The notes beneath the pieces are model-generated. The model saw nothing but the letters and a program-made list of their open reading frames with translations, did not search any database and was not told where the DNA came from. From positions 1 through 64,000 of the IMG/VR virus record IMGVR_UViG_3300025099_000012: a DNA stretch of 64,000 nt; one strand, given 5' to 3'. This document shows, in pieces, positions 1 through 9,059 of the stretch; position 1 is the stretch's first letter, and each line of letters opens with the position of its first letter. Made by a program: the position numbers and the translations under genes. This stretch comes from a virus.

Positions 1-2
1 AT

Positions 3-263
3 TCAGACATTGTTACATGGCTATTTCTTGAGACACATGAATCACGCAAGAAAAAACTTACAGATCGAATCCGTAGCGGACGCCCTATCTGCGTTCAAGG
101 CTACCTCCGCGAATATCGCAAAGAAGGCGGTGACAGTCCTTATCGAGCAATTGTTGCTTCTGACTTCACTACTCGAAAGGATAAGGAGCGAACTCAACGG
201 AATCCACAAACGAACGGTTCAGCGGCGGGTTACACAGAGGTTGATCCAACGCCGGACTATTGA
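3..263 (+). CDS. SSB-like OB-fold protein, 5'-partial (runs off window start)
   Basis: Frame not in ORF track, translated by hand: SDIVTWLFLETHESRKKKLTDRIRSGRPICVQGYLREYRKEGGDSPYRAIVASDF...PTPDY*. Fits the SSB pattern TW..(K)G..V.V.G.L..Y..G..I.A. Confidence 0.55.
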   Translation, partial: SDIVTWLFLETHESRKKKLTDRIRSGRPICVQGYLREYRKEGGDSPYRAIVASDFTTRKDKERTQRNPQTNGSAAGYTEVDPTPDY

Positions 264-307
264 TCGAGAGATTCACCTAGCTAGAAATCATCCTGGCTGG
301 GATGCGT

Positions 308-712
308 CTATTTACCAATATTTCCAATAGGATAATTCTTATTCATGCGTTGCCTCTCCTCGGGTGTAATAGGTCCACCAGGAATATCAAACGTAGGATT
401 ATAGTTTCCATCAAAGTCAGCGATTCCATGCAGTCGCTGACCTTTTTGTGTTCCTGGATAGTAAGGCAACTGCATCAATCCACCATTATCCTGACCAGAG
501 TAGTAAGGCATTTTGTTTATTCCAGCTTTATCTCCAGGTCTATATAAGAGATCTGTCAATCCTCCCATTGCACTTAAACCAGGTGTTTCAATTCCTGTAG
601 CAGTTCCAAGTAATCCACCTTTATTCACCATATCTGTAAGGTCAATTCCAGTTAGGCTGCCCACTAATCCTTGACCGAGGATGTTTGCAAATCTCTTAAT
701 TAACATGCTCAA
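308..712 (-). CDS. hypothetical Gly-rich protein, isolated opposite-strand gene
   Basis: 134-aa ORF with its own TACAAT box (730-735, - strand); N-terminal KRFAN motif. Confidence 0.6.
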   Translation of the reverse strand: MSMLIKRFANILGQGLVGSLTGIDLTDMVNKGGLLGTATGIETPGLSAMGGLTDLLYRPGDKAGINKMPYYSGQDNGGLMQLPYYPGTQKGQRLHGIADFDGNYNPTFDIPGGPITPEERQRMNKNYPIGNIGK

Positions 713-769
713 TTAACTCACATTTAACTATTGTACTAACTATATTTGAAAGGTCGATATTAACTACAT

Positions 770-1513
770 ATGACCCTACAAGTACTGCCTCCTGAACTTC
801 TTGAGGCACCAAAAGAAAGAATTGAAACTAAAGAACCTCAACCTTACTGGAAACCAAGTTCACTTAAAGATGGAGAAAGCGAAGAGTTCCGACTACTCGG
901 ATGTTACGAAACAGGTCACGCCATTATGGGATGGCAATATGCATCCGAAGCGAAAGGACCAGACGGTGAACTTAAATTCAACGGCTACGTTGTTACTAGG
1001 ACTCACCCTGGCAACCCTGCTGACATTGCTCGTGAAACCGACTGGTCTAAGCCCGAGCGACCAAAAATTGATGGCTCCTACGTCAAGCCACGCAGGTTTC
1101 TAGCTTGGGTTGCAACAAGTGCATCACGAAGTCGTTTAGAGGTATTATTTATTGAACAAAAATCACTTAGAGACCAACTTACCGAAATACTCCAAGAAGC
1201 TGAAGACTACACTTGGACAGAAGACGGACTTGCTAATTTTTCAATTAAGATTACACGCAAGGGAGCCGGTCTGGAAACTTCATACAGTATTTTACCAAAA
1301 GTGCGTAAAGTCCCAGATAAGATTAAACAATCTTGGGATAAAGAGAAAGACTCTATTTGGCTCCCTAATTTCTTTGAAGGTAAAGATCCTTTCGAAGGTA
1401 AGCAGGTTGAGTCTAAGGGTCTTCCAGCTGGTGGAACCGACAAACGTGGAGCCTACGTAACGCCTCATAAAGAAACAAAACACAAAAAAGACGAACCTGA
1501 AACTGAATTTTAA
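770..1513 (+). CDS. phage ssDNA-binding/recombination protein (gp32/gp2.5-type)
   Basis: 247 aa, acidic tail ending DEPETEF, sits just before exonuclease and primase. Confidence 0.5.
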   Translation: MTLQVLPPELLEAPKERIETKEPQPYWKPSSLKDGESEEFRLLGCYETGHAIMGWQYASEAKGPDGELKFNGYVVTRTHPGNPADIARETDWSKPERPKIDGSYVKPRRFLAWVATSASRSRLEVLFIEQKSLRDQLTEILQEAEDYTWTEDGLANFSIKITRKGAGLETSYSILPKVRKVPDKIKQSWDKEKDSIWLPNFFEGKDPFEGKQVESKGLPAGGTDKRGAYVTPHKETKHKKDEPETEF

Positions 1514-1520
1514 TAATTAA

Positions 1521-1868
1521 ATGACTAATTCAAACTTCCAAAGTCTGCCACCTGAAATGCAATCACGGTTAGCAGATATCCTGCAACAAGCGAATACAAA
1601 TGCTCCAACTACTGGGTCTGATACTCCTGTTTCTAGTGACGTACAAAACGTTCCGCCTGTTACACGCCCTCCTTCCCTAATGGATCACACGATTGCACTT
1701 CGTCAAGAAGTCAATCAACTATCCCAACAGGTTTACGCAACTGGTCAAGTTGTTGAAGCAGTTGGGCAAGCTGTAGGAGAGTTATACCAACTCTTTCAAG
1801 CGCAGACCGAAACTACAAATTACAGCGCAAATTATCAAACGCAACAGGGTGTAGAGAGTGACTTCTGA
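1521..1868 (+). CDS. hypothetical coiled-coil protein
   Basis: Q-rich ORF coupled to neighbours. Confidence 0.6.
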   Translation: MTNSNFQSLPPEMQSRLADILQQANTNAPTTGSDTPVSSDVQNVPPVTRPPSLMDHTIALRQEVNQLSQQVYATGQVVEAVGQAVGELYQLFQAQTETTNYSANYQTQQGVESDF

Positions 1869-2628
1869 TCTTCCTTACAGAATACAAACCTCAGCCGGAC
1901 ATAGAAAGTATCTATGCTCCGGCATTTATATGCCGAGTGTAACAACAGTACTATCAGCCACTGAAAGCGAAAAATCAAAAGCTGGTCTAAGGAATTGGCA
2001 AAAGAATAATCCGGGTGCGCTAGAGGCAGCATCAACTCGCGGCTCGGCTATTCACTTAGGTTGTGAAAACTATCTCCGTGGTTTAGACCCAGATGTTCCT
2101 GAAGATTATCTAGATTTCTGGAATGGTATGTCTTCTTACCTTGATTGGTTTGATACAATTCATTGGTCGGAGCGTCCTTTACGTCCCGATTGGAACCATC
2201 TAAGAAGTGATGATAGAGAAGTCGCATTTGTATGGAGTACGGAGCATAAATATGCTGGATGTCCTGACCTCATTGGTGAAATCGGTGGAGTACGAGTTAT
2301 TGCTGACTTTAAAACTAGCAATGCTCCTTACTGCGCTTCTTTTCCTGATCGTGGAGATCGAATTGGATTCGGTGGTTACAGAAAATATACAAAGTGTGCG
2401 CAACAAATGGCTGCGTACAGGTATGCATTAAATGAGCGAACTGGTTTTCTCTGTGATGCTGCACTGATTATTGTTTCTACACCTGAAACAACTCAAGGCA
2501 TCTTCATTGATGGAGATCAGCTTGCTTTGCATGAATCACGTTTTTTGAAGCGTTGTCAACAATTCCATGAAATAGATAATGAAACTACGGATTGCAGTAC
2601 ACAAGAGTTGCAAGAACAAGCAGAGTAA
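1858..2628 (+). CDS. PD-(D/E)xK exonuclease (MGME1/Cas4-like phage exonuclease)
   Basis: PSVTTVL, RGSAIH, YAGCPDLIG, ADFKTS, QMAAY motifs. Confidence 0.85.
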   Translation: MTSDLPYRIQTSAGHRKYLCSGIYMPSVTTVLSATESEKSKAGLRNWQKNNPGALEAASTRGSAIHLGCENYLRGLDPDVPEDYLDFWNGMSSYLDWFDTIHWSERPLRPDWNHLRSDDREVAFVWSTEHKYAGCPDLIGEIGGVRVIADFKTSNAPYCASFPDRGDRIGFGGYRKYTKCAQQMAAYRYALNERTGFLCDAALIIVSTPETTQGIFIDGDQLALHESRFLKRCQQFHEIDNETTDCSTQELQEQAE

Positions 2629-4822
2629 ACCTGCTCGCGATTGGCAAAATATTTTAGAAGACCTTGATTGGTTGCTTGGTTGGGTAAAAAATGGTTACGG
2701 ATGGTGTGCAACTCACTTTCAAGATAGACATAGGAAGGCTGACAATTCAGCTGGCTCAAACATGGTGGTCATCGATTTTGATGGCGACACCACGCTTGCA
2801 CGCTTTTGGTCAACCGATACGGCCAGACAGTGGTGTGCAGCTACCTATACCTCAGCCAGTCATTCAGAGACTGAGCATAGGTTTAGAGCACTGTTCCCAT
2901 TAAGCAAAGAGCTTTCTTCTACTGCTGAACACCGGGGTGCATATTGGCTAATTGTTAATCGTCTACTTACTGAGCTAGAGCTTCAAGAGCTTGCTGACAA
3001 CTGTGGGCAAAAACCTGAACGCCTGTGGTTTGGAAATACTAAAGCAGAAATTCAACAAAATGCTGAGTTTGAACCGGTGCCTGAGTTCCTTCTCAATGAC
3101 ATTGCATACGAGGAATCAGTAAACTTTGTCTCCGGTGATGTAACTGATGAAGACGTTAAGCGTGCTCAGTGGTTATTAGAAAGCTTCTTAAGGCCATCTG
3201 AGGATGGTGAGTATGAGAATTACTATGTGCCTGTCATGGCTGCTTGTGCAAGCATTGGTCAGCCAGTCTTTGATTCATGGGTTGAATGGGTACTCAAAGG
3301 CCATCATGGTGAAAAACCTGAAAATATAAAACCATTTAAATGGAGAGGTCTCGGAAACTTTTCTGGTCCAACTACACTGTATTCACTTGCTAAAAGGCAA
3401 GATGCAGACTGGGCTCATAAGCTACCACCTAATCTAAGATTTGGTGCTGTAGGTGCAGCTGCTGGATATACAGAATTTGATCCTATCCAAGATATTGATC
3501 AGATCATTCAAGATAACTTTCAACAAAGGAGTAGTAGTAAATCAATGAATAATTCGAATGACTATGTTGTCCCAGAGCCATTGCCTGATACTGATCAAGT
3601 CAAAAAACGAGGAAGACCTAAAAAGACGGATGATGATTTAGCAAAGCAACGGGAGAGCGATGTCAAAAAGGTCAAGGAGATCCTGCAAGATCTACGTAAG
3701 AATGAGTTGACAGGCGCCATTGAATACACAAGACCAGGTGGTGAAGAAGTTTTTCTACAAGGTCAAGACCTAGATCTAATGACTACAAAGCTTGCTTGTG
3801 AAAACGGTGTATTCATTCCTGAACAGCGCATCAAAGCAGCTATTCAGTATGCAGCCAGTCAAAATAAATACTGCCCTATTCGTAGATATCTAGATCACTG
3901 TGCAGCAAACGCTGAACGTTATGCGGATTGGGATCGTATCGGAGAAATCTTTCTGGGTAACAAACATAAAATAACTACCACCACTATTCAGAGAATGATG
4001 ATTGGTGCTGTGGCTAGAGCATACGACCCTGGATGCACAATGTCATGGTTGCCAATTCTTGTTGGTCCACAGGGTGCTGGCAAATCAATGTTTGCTAGAA
4101 GCCTTGTACCCAAATCCCTATTTTCAGAAATTACTACTCCTCTAGATACTTTGATGCGAGAGCAGTATCGACTGCATGTTGCATGGCTATTAGAACTACC
4201 TGAAATTGATAATTACTTCAATACTCGCAATATCGAGAACTTCAAAAACCTTGTCACTACAAGGACTGACGAGGTTCGTTACCCATACGCTTCACTTCCT
4301 AGCAAGCTGTCTCGCCGGTTTGTTTTTATTGGTACTACTAATCGTAATCAGTTTCTGGTTGACAGTACCGGCAATCGTCGATTTGTCCCATTAGAACTTG
4401 GTGCTGGTTTTCAGATTCCATGGAAGGAATTAATCGAAGTGCGTGACAACCTATGGGCAGCTGCAGTTGATGCTTATAGAAATGATGAAGGATATGAGTT
4501 TACAAGTGGTGAGATTGCTGATATATTTGAGTACATCCAAGAGTTCGGTGATCCCGATCCTTGGTTTGATAAGATTTCCTCTTACGTTACTATCCGAAAG
4601 GAAGTATCCGCAGCAGATATTCTTACCAATGCTTTAGAACTTGACCCTCGTAGTCAAGGTCGTAAAGAAAGCAGACGTGTAGCAGATGTTCTCCAATCTA
4701 TGGGTTGGCGGCGATTAGTTACAACTAGAAAGGATGCCAATGGCAAACCTAAATCCATACGTATTTGGCAGCGACCTAAGAATGATCCTCTAATTGAAGA
4801 TCACAAACTTATCGACTTCTAA
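2579..4822 (+). CDS. DNA primase-helicase (primase + PriCT-like + VapE-type P-loop ATPase)
   Basis: IDFD and SASH primase-like motifs; Walker A GPQGAGKS; VapE-type FIGTTNRNQFLVDSTGNRRF; AT-hook-like KRGRPKK. Confidence 0.85.
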   Translation: MKLRIAVHKSCKNKQSKPARDWQNILEDLDWLLGWVKNGYGWCATHFQDRHRKADNSAGSNMVVIDFDGDTTLARFWSTDTARQWCAATYTSASHSETEHRFRALFPLSKELSSTAEHRGAYWLIVNRLLTELELQELADNCGQKPERLWFGNTKAEIQQNAEFEPVPEFLLNDIAYEESVNFVSGDVTDEDVKRAQWLLESFLRPSEDGEYENYYVPVMAACASIGQPVFDSWVEWVLKGHHGEKPENIKPFKWRGLGNFSGPTTLYSLAKRQDADWAHKLPPNLRFGAVGAAAGYTEFDPIQDIDQIIQDNFQQRSSSKSMNNSNDYVVPEPLPDTDQVKKRGRPKKTDDDLAKQRESDVKKVKEILQDLRKNELTGAIEYTRPGGEEVFLQGQDLDLMTTKLACENGVFIPEQRIKAAIQYAASQNKYCPIRRYLDHCAANAERYADWDRIGEIFLGNKHKITTTTIQRMMIGAVARAYDPGCTMSWLPILVGPQGAGKSMFARSLVPKSLFSEITTPLDTLMREQYRLHVAWLLELPEIDNYFNTRNIENFKNLVTTRTDEVRYPYASLPSKLSRRFVFIGTTNRNQFLVDSTGNRRFVPLELGAGFQIPWKELIEVRDNLWAAAVDAYRNDEGYEFTSGEIADIFEYIQEFGDPDPWFDKISSYVTIRKEVSAADILTNALELDPRSQGRKESRRVADVLQSMGWRRLVTTRKDANGKPKSIRIWQRPKNDPLIEDHKLIDF

Positions 4823-4861
4823 TTACACTTTAAATAAGTAAAATTATATTATTCAGATACA

Positions 4862-5098
4862 ATGAAAGCCAAAGATATCTCGATTGGTCAGCGTGTATTA
4901 GTCGCGCCTATTGATCGCATTGCTTTAGTAGTCGGTAAGCCCGAGTACTACACACCACGAGCACAACTCGTCAGAATTAAGTACGAAAATAGTACACGTT
5001 ACGAGTACAAAATTAATCACCAGCTCACTCTACTGCCTGTTGAAAGTCAGTATCCAACTCATGGTGGTCAATACGTAAAACCTGAAGGTGATTTTTAA
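4862..5098 (+). CDS. hypothetical small beta-rich protein
   Basis: 78-aa ORF coupled (TAATG) to next gene. Confidence 0.6.
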   Translation: MKAKDISIGQRVLVAPIDRIALVVGKPEYYTPRAQLVRIKYENSTRYEYKINHQLTLLPVESQYPTHGGQYVKPEGDF

Positions 5099-5898
5099 TG
5101 CCTGAATCGAAACCAAGTAAGAAAGTTGGAGGGCATACATACGGTAGGCGTAACTTAACCCTCTCCAATACAGCAGAAGAGGGGGCACTATGTCTCTATA
5201 GCGGTCACTCGATTGGTAGGTTCAGCTCTACCTCTATGCGGTATGACAGCCATCAAGCTTGTGTGCGTTGTGTCGCTGCCGCAAGAGAAGGACGCATGTC
5301 TTTCAATATTGATCGACTGCTCAAGAAAGAACGTAAGCGTGCTTTGAAGTTTTGGTCAAAGGTTGACATTGGCCAACCTGATGAATGTTGGGAGTGGCTC
5401 GGTTACAAAGGGAAAGGAAATGGCATGCCCCAGTTTCCATGGAGGCGTCCAGGCATTAGTACCAGTACTCAGCACCACCCTCAACGTGTGGCGATGTGGT
5501 ACTCGTGGGGTGATCTCGGATACACTGGAGTTAAATCAACATGCGGTAATAAGTACTGCTGTAATCCCTTTCATCTAATACCCCAGAAAATTGGGGTCTT
5601 TGTCGATTGTGATTCCTATCTAGAAAGTTTCGAACTTGCTTGTGAACTACATACGCTCAAGCAACAAATAGCTGAGTACACACTTGAACAAGCTGTAAAG
5701 GAGCAAGAGAAACTTATTTCTCAGCAAGAGCTTGAAGATAGGTCAAACTTACTGTTTGAACCTGATTCACTTTTCTCGGAAAGATTCGAGGCAGTTGTGG
5801 AGGATATGTTGAGTGGGCGTCATCCTAGTCAATCATTTAAATCTTCTACACAAAAGCCTGTTGAAGATAACGATGAAAACTCCACAGAAAATTTTTAA
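5098..5898 (+). CDS. HNH/His-Me finger endonuclease-like protein
   Basis: DECWEWLG ... CGNKYCCNPFHL, plus N-terminal C..H..CVRC Zn motif. Confidence 0.7.
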   Translation: MPESKPSKKVGGHTYGRRNLTLSNTAEEGALCLYSGHSIGRFSSTSMRYDSHQACVRCVAAAREGRMSFNIDRLLKKERKRALKFWSKVDIGQPDECWEWLGYKGKGNGMPQFPWRRPGISTSTQHHPQRVAMWYSWGDLGYTGVKSTCGNKYCCNPFHLIPQKIGVFVDCDSYLESFELACELHTLKQQIAEYTLEQAVKEQEKLISQQELEDRSNLLFEPDSLFSERFEAVVEDMLSGRHPSQSFKSSTQKPVEDNDENSTENF

Positions 5899-5930
5899 TT
5901 AATCTATCCTTAGTAAAGAGTCATTTAAAT

Positions 5931-6353
5931 ATGTCAAGACGTAGTGATCTTATTCAACAACTAATTTCATCAAAGAAATTTGGTCCCGAGAAGAAACAAG
6001 AGCAGGAGTTCCTCATGGCTACTGCGGAGTTGATTCTTTCTGATTTGATTAATATTGCACTCACAGGTGTAGAAAAAAGAGGGACTGGATCCTTAGTCAT
6101 CAATCTTTTGAATGATTCTACAACGTTCATGTGGCCTGAATCAATTGAATTTGATCTACGAACAGCTGAACGAGAAGAAGATGAGGAAATCATCGACTTC
6201 CTACGTGACCTGCTCAAACAGATTGAAACAAATGACTGGTCCAAAAATGTATTAATAACATTAATTAGTGATGCTGGAACAAGAACATTTGCAGTCGAAG
6301 CAGGTCGGTGCCAAGAAAGCCTTAGAGCGCTCGCAGAAGAATTTATCGGATAA
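5931..6353 (+). CDS. hypothetical protein
   Basis: 140-aa ORF within the operon. Confidence 0.6.
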   Translation: MSRRSDLIQQLISSKKFGPEKKQEQEFLMATAELILSDLINIALTGVEKRGTGSLVINLLNDSTTFMWPESIEFDLRTAEREEDEEIIDFLRDLLKQIETNDWSKNVLITLISDAGTRTFAVEAGRCQESLRALAEEFIG

Positions 6354-6939
6354 GCTTGCTGCCAAAGGTTTAAAGCTTCCCCTTTATCCCACCCCTCAGC
6401 TCATTGATCGAGCGAGAGCTGTTATGGGTAGCATTGACTTTGATCCCACTTCAGATCCTGTTCAACAGGTTCTTGTGGATGCCACTTCAGTACCAAGTAT
6501 TGAGGTGAACCCACTACAAGAACATTGGCACGGCAACGTTTGGGTAGCTCCAAAAGGAGCAGTACGTGACTGCCGTATTTGGCTTAATAAAACCATTAGT
6601 GAATATCGCAATGGATATATCAACAGTTTTGTATTCTTTAGCAGTGCTTCCGAGCTCCTCCGTGCAGCTCCTGTTGTATGGGACTATCCAGTATGTATTC
6701 CATTTAAAAGAGTTAAGCAGCTGCGTGCAACTTCTACAGGCTTTGAGCCTGTATCTCCGTCAACATGGAACTTGATTGTTTATGGTCCTCCAATTCATCA
6801 AGCACTTACTGACATTGATAAAGTTTCTTTGTTTTACAATAGTTTCCGTGATGTTGGGCGTGTAATTTACAGCGAGTATGCAGGCGACAATTGGGTAAAA
6901 GACCTTGAATACTACGAAGAAAACAAGGGTAATATTTGA
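6268..6939 (+). CDS. phage N6-adenine methyltransferase-like protein, degenerate catalytic motif
   Basis: YPTP..IDRARAVMGSIDFDPTS..WHGNVWV matches the phage Dam-like family, but the expected NPPY reads APKG; start codon uncertain. Confidence 0.65.
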   Translation: MMLEQEHLQSKQVGAKKALERSQKNLSDKLAAKGLKLPLYPTPQLIDRARAVMGSIDFDPTSDPVQQVLVDATSVPSIEVNPLQEHWHGNVWVAPKGAVRDCRIWLNKTISEYRNGYINSFVFFSSASELLRAAPVVWDYPVCIPFKRVKQLRATSTGFEPVSPSTWNLIVYGPPIHQALTDIDKVSLFYNSFRDVGRVIYSEYAGDNWVKDLEYYEENKGNI

Positions 6940-7352
6940 TGTCTAAGCATATCGCTCCAAATTGTTTGTACGCTTTGCCATCAGATGACAAGGTTCATCC
7001 ATGTCGTTTGATATTAAAAGATGGTACTTTAATGTGGAAGCATGCTTTGTTATATCAAGATGAATTCGTATGTATTCCCCAATCTGAAGCACACGAAAGA
7101 CACATAATAAAAACTGCTCAGCGCCTTGAGGAACTGAACAGTTGGATATCGCAAGGATTAGAGCCTTGGAACTCTTTACAAATTAAGGGGTGGTATCAAC
7201 CTTTTGTGCCTGAACTATCTGAAGGTATCTCCGCTTACTTCGTACATAACATTCGTGATCTTTCCTCTATCTATATTGAATTATTGCCTCACATTCAAGA
7301 CCACGAAACACTTGAGCTACGTAAGGATTATCTTTTCTTCCGACGTTGCTAA
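6936..7352 (+). CDS. hypothetical protein
   Basis: 138-aa ORF. Confidence 0.55.
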   Translation: MMSKHIAPNCLYALPSDDKVHPCRLILKDGTLMWKHALLYQDEFVCIPQSEAHERHIIKTAQRLEELNSWISQGLEPWNSLQIKGWYQPFVPELSEGISAYFVHNIRDLSSIYIELLPHIQDHETLELRKDYLFFRRC

Positions 7353-7359
7353 CAGCAAT

Positions 7360-7378
7360 GCCGCTTATCTGCGGCTTT
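7360..7378. terminator. hairpin between convergent genes
   Basis: GCCGC-TTATCT-GCGGC-TTT; same loop type as the 54-62 kb elements. Confidence 0.5.
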
Positions 7379-7709
7379 AATAGTTTAACGAATCAATCAA
7401 TCTATTGAGATACCATTGTGCTTTTTCAGCATCTTCTTTACTATTTGATTTGTGCCACATACGCAGCAAGTACTTCAGTACTTGAGCTTGCAAGAAACCT
7501 TGCTTACAGGTTGGAGCTTTATCAATAGCATCCTCGATTACTTCTATTGCTTCATGTCGCCCTGCTGTGTAATGAGCAGGACTGTTGACCATATCAGTGT
7601 TTACAGGATCGGAATAATCCCAAACAGATAATTTGTTATTGCTAAACCCAGAAACATAATCACCATTGCTAAAAAAGCTATTCTTTTCGTTCATGAGTTT
7701 GTCTCGCAT
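7377..7709 (-). CDS. DUF3310 family protein (T7 gp1.7-related)
   Basis: DMVNSPAHY..EAIEVI..KYLLR..K..EDAEKAQWYL. Confidence 0.8.
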   Translation of the reverse strand: MRDKLMNEKNSFFSNGDYVSGFSNNKLSVWDYSDPVNTDMVNSPAHYTAGRHEAIEVIEDAIDKAPTCKQGFLQAQVLKYLLRMWHKSNSKEDAEKAQWYLNRLIDSLNY

Positions 7710-7752
7710 ATTGTTTTTTCCTTACCTAATATAGGAGCTGGAATCGTACATT

Positions 7753-8319
7753 GTGGATATGAAAAGCCCTAAAGGTGACCCAACATATATTAAGAATAAG
7801 GAACGATTCTTTATGGATGTTGCGCTATCAATTAGCAAAGCATCAACACATCCAAAAGCACCAGGTGGATGTATTATTGTTCGTGATAGGGAGATTATTG
7901 GAGATGGTAGAAGCTTACTTACAGACAGTATGGTTGAGATCGATTGTATCTCATATGCCATTGCAGCAGCAGCTAAAGCAGGAACTCCTGCAATAGGAGC
8001 CGTAATCTATACGACGCGGTATCCATTCTCGACATCTATATTTCAAGCTCACATGATGGGAATAAAGAAGATTATTCTTTTAGCTCATGATTGGGAGCCT
8101 TACTACAAAGAAGAGTTCAGACGTTCAGCACGTTTGGCACGCGAATTAAATGTGGCAATTGAGCCACTTTTCCTAGACAAAGATCCAAGATTTACTAAAA
8201 ATTCTAATGACAGAGATATTGACGAAACTCTCTTCCCGCAAGCAAACCCGTTTGCACCAGATGAATATGATCCAAACAATGCAACAGATACCTTCGATGA
8301 AGACACAACTACTCTTTGA
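7753..8319 (+). CDS. dCMP deaminase-like protein lacking Zn ligands
   Basis: FMDVA..S..GCIIVRDREIIGDG..AI..AAKAG..GAVIYTTRYP..GIKKII fold; HAE and PCxxC replaced by DCI and PFSTS. Confidence 0.7.
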   Translation: MDMKSPKGDPTYIKNKERFFMDVALSISKASTHPKAPGGCIIVRDREIIGDGRSLLTDSMVEIDCISYAIAAAAKAGTPAIGAVIYTTRYPFSTSIFQAHMMGIKKIILLAHDWEPYYKEEFRRSARLARELNVAIEPLFLDKDPRFTKNSNDRDIDETLFPQANPFAPDEYDPNNATDTFDEDTTTL

Positions 8320-8821
8320 CCTTGAATCCACTGGATTTCTTCGACGTGGATCAACTATTCACTGTATGGTTATGCGTGATGCTGTCGATAGCAGTACTCA
8401 TGTATTTGATCATCAGCCTGAACGAGCGCTAATTCAAGGTATTAAACAACTTGAAGAAGCAGATATAATTATCGGTCACAATATTATTGGATACGATATC
8501 CCTTTGCTGAAAGAGCAGTATCCAGATTTTGAACCTAAAGGTCAAGCAATTGATACATTGGTTCTCAGTCGTTTGTTCTATCCGCATATTAAAGATAGAG
8601 ATCATGAGCGTAGACCTCTAGGTATGCCCCAACGCCTGTATGGGAGACATTCACTTGAGGCTTGGGGTTACAGACTTAAGTGTTTCAAAGGCGACTTCGG
8701 TAAGCACGACGGTAACTTTGCTGTTTATACCCCTGAGATGCTGGATTACTGCATTCAGGATACCGAGGTCACCCTCAAACTATGGCAACTTATGCAACGG
8801 AGAATGAACGACTATGCCTGA
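8297..8821 (+). CDS. DNA polymerase A 3'-5' exonuclease domain (stand-alone)
   Basis: ExoI FDLES, ExoII GHNIIGYD, HSLEAWGYRL, ExoIII YCIQD; T7 gp5-like; ATG at 8297 preferred. Confidence 0.9.
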   Translation: MKTQLLFDLESTGFLRRGSTIHCMVMRDAVDSSTHVFDHQPERALIQGIKQLEEADIIIGHNIIGYDIPLLKEQYPDFEPKGQAIDTLVLSRLFYPHIKDRDHERRPLGMPQRLYGRHSLEAWGYRLKCFKGDFGKHDGNFAVYTPEMLDYCIQDTEVTLKLWQLMQRRMNDYA

Positions 8822-9059
8822 TAAAAATGAACCACTGACTTCTGAAGAAATTACAGTGGCGGCTGATATCTTTTTTCCACTTTTTAATATTGTGAATGAA
8901 CGTATGCCGGAACGAGCTTCAACTGAAGATACTTTAAAAGTTATGGAAAGTGTAGCTAAGTTAGCTCAAAGAGAACGTTCAAAGAAACGCGAGGAAGCTG
9001 TAAAGCTCAAATTCGGATTTAATAAAACAACTAACTCTGACAAAAATGAAACTGATTGA
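8814..9059 (+). CDS. hypothetical protein between the two DNA polymerase halves
   Basis: 81 aa, overlaps both neighbours. Confidence 0.65.
   Translation: MPDKNEPLTSEEITVAADIFFPLFNIVNERMPERASTEDTLKVMESVAKLAQRERSKKREEAVKLKFGFNKTTNSDKNETD

Noticed and set aside
10-330. 106-aa track ORF
   Set aside because: A different frame (3..263) gives a recognisable SSB-like sequence
8814-9059. Intron or intein splitting polA
   Set aside because: No recognisable group I/II core or intein motifs; the interval is an ORF coupled to both halves
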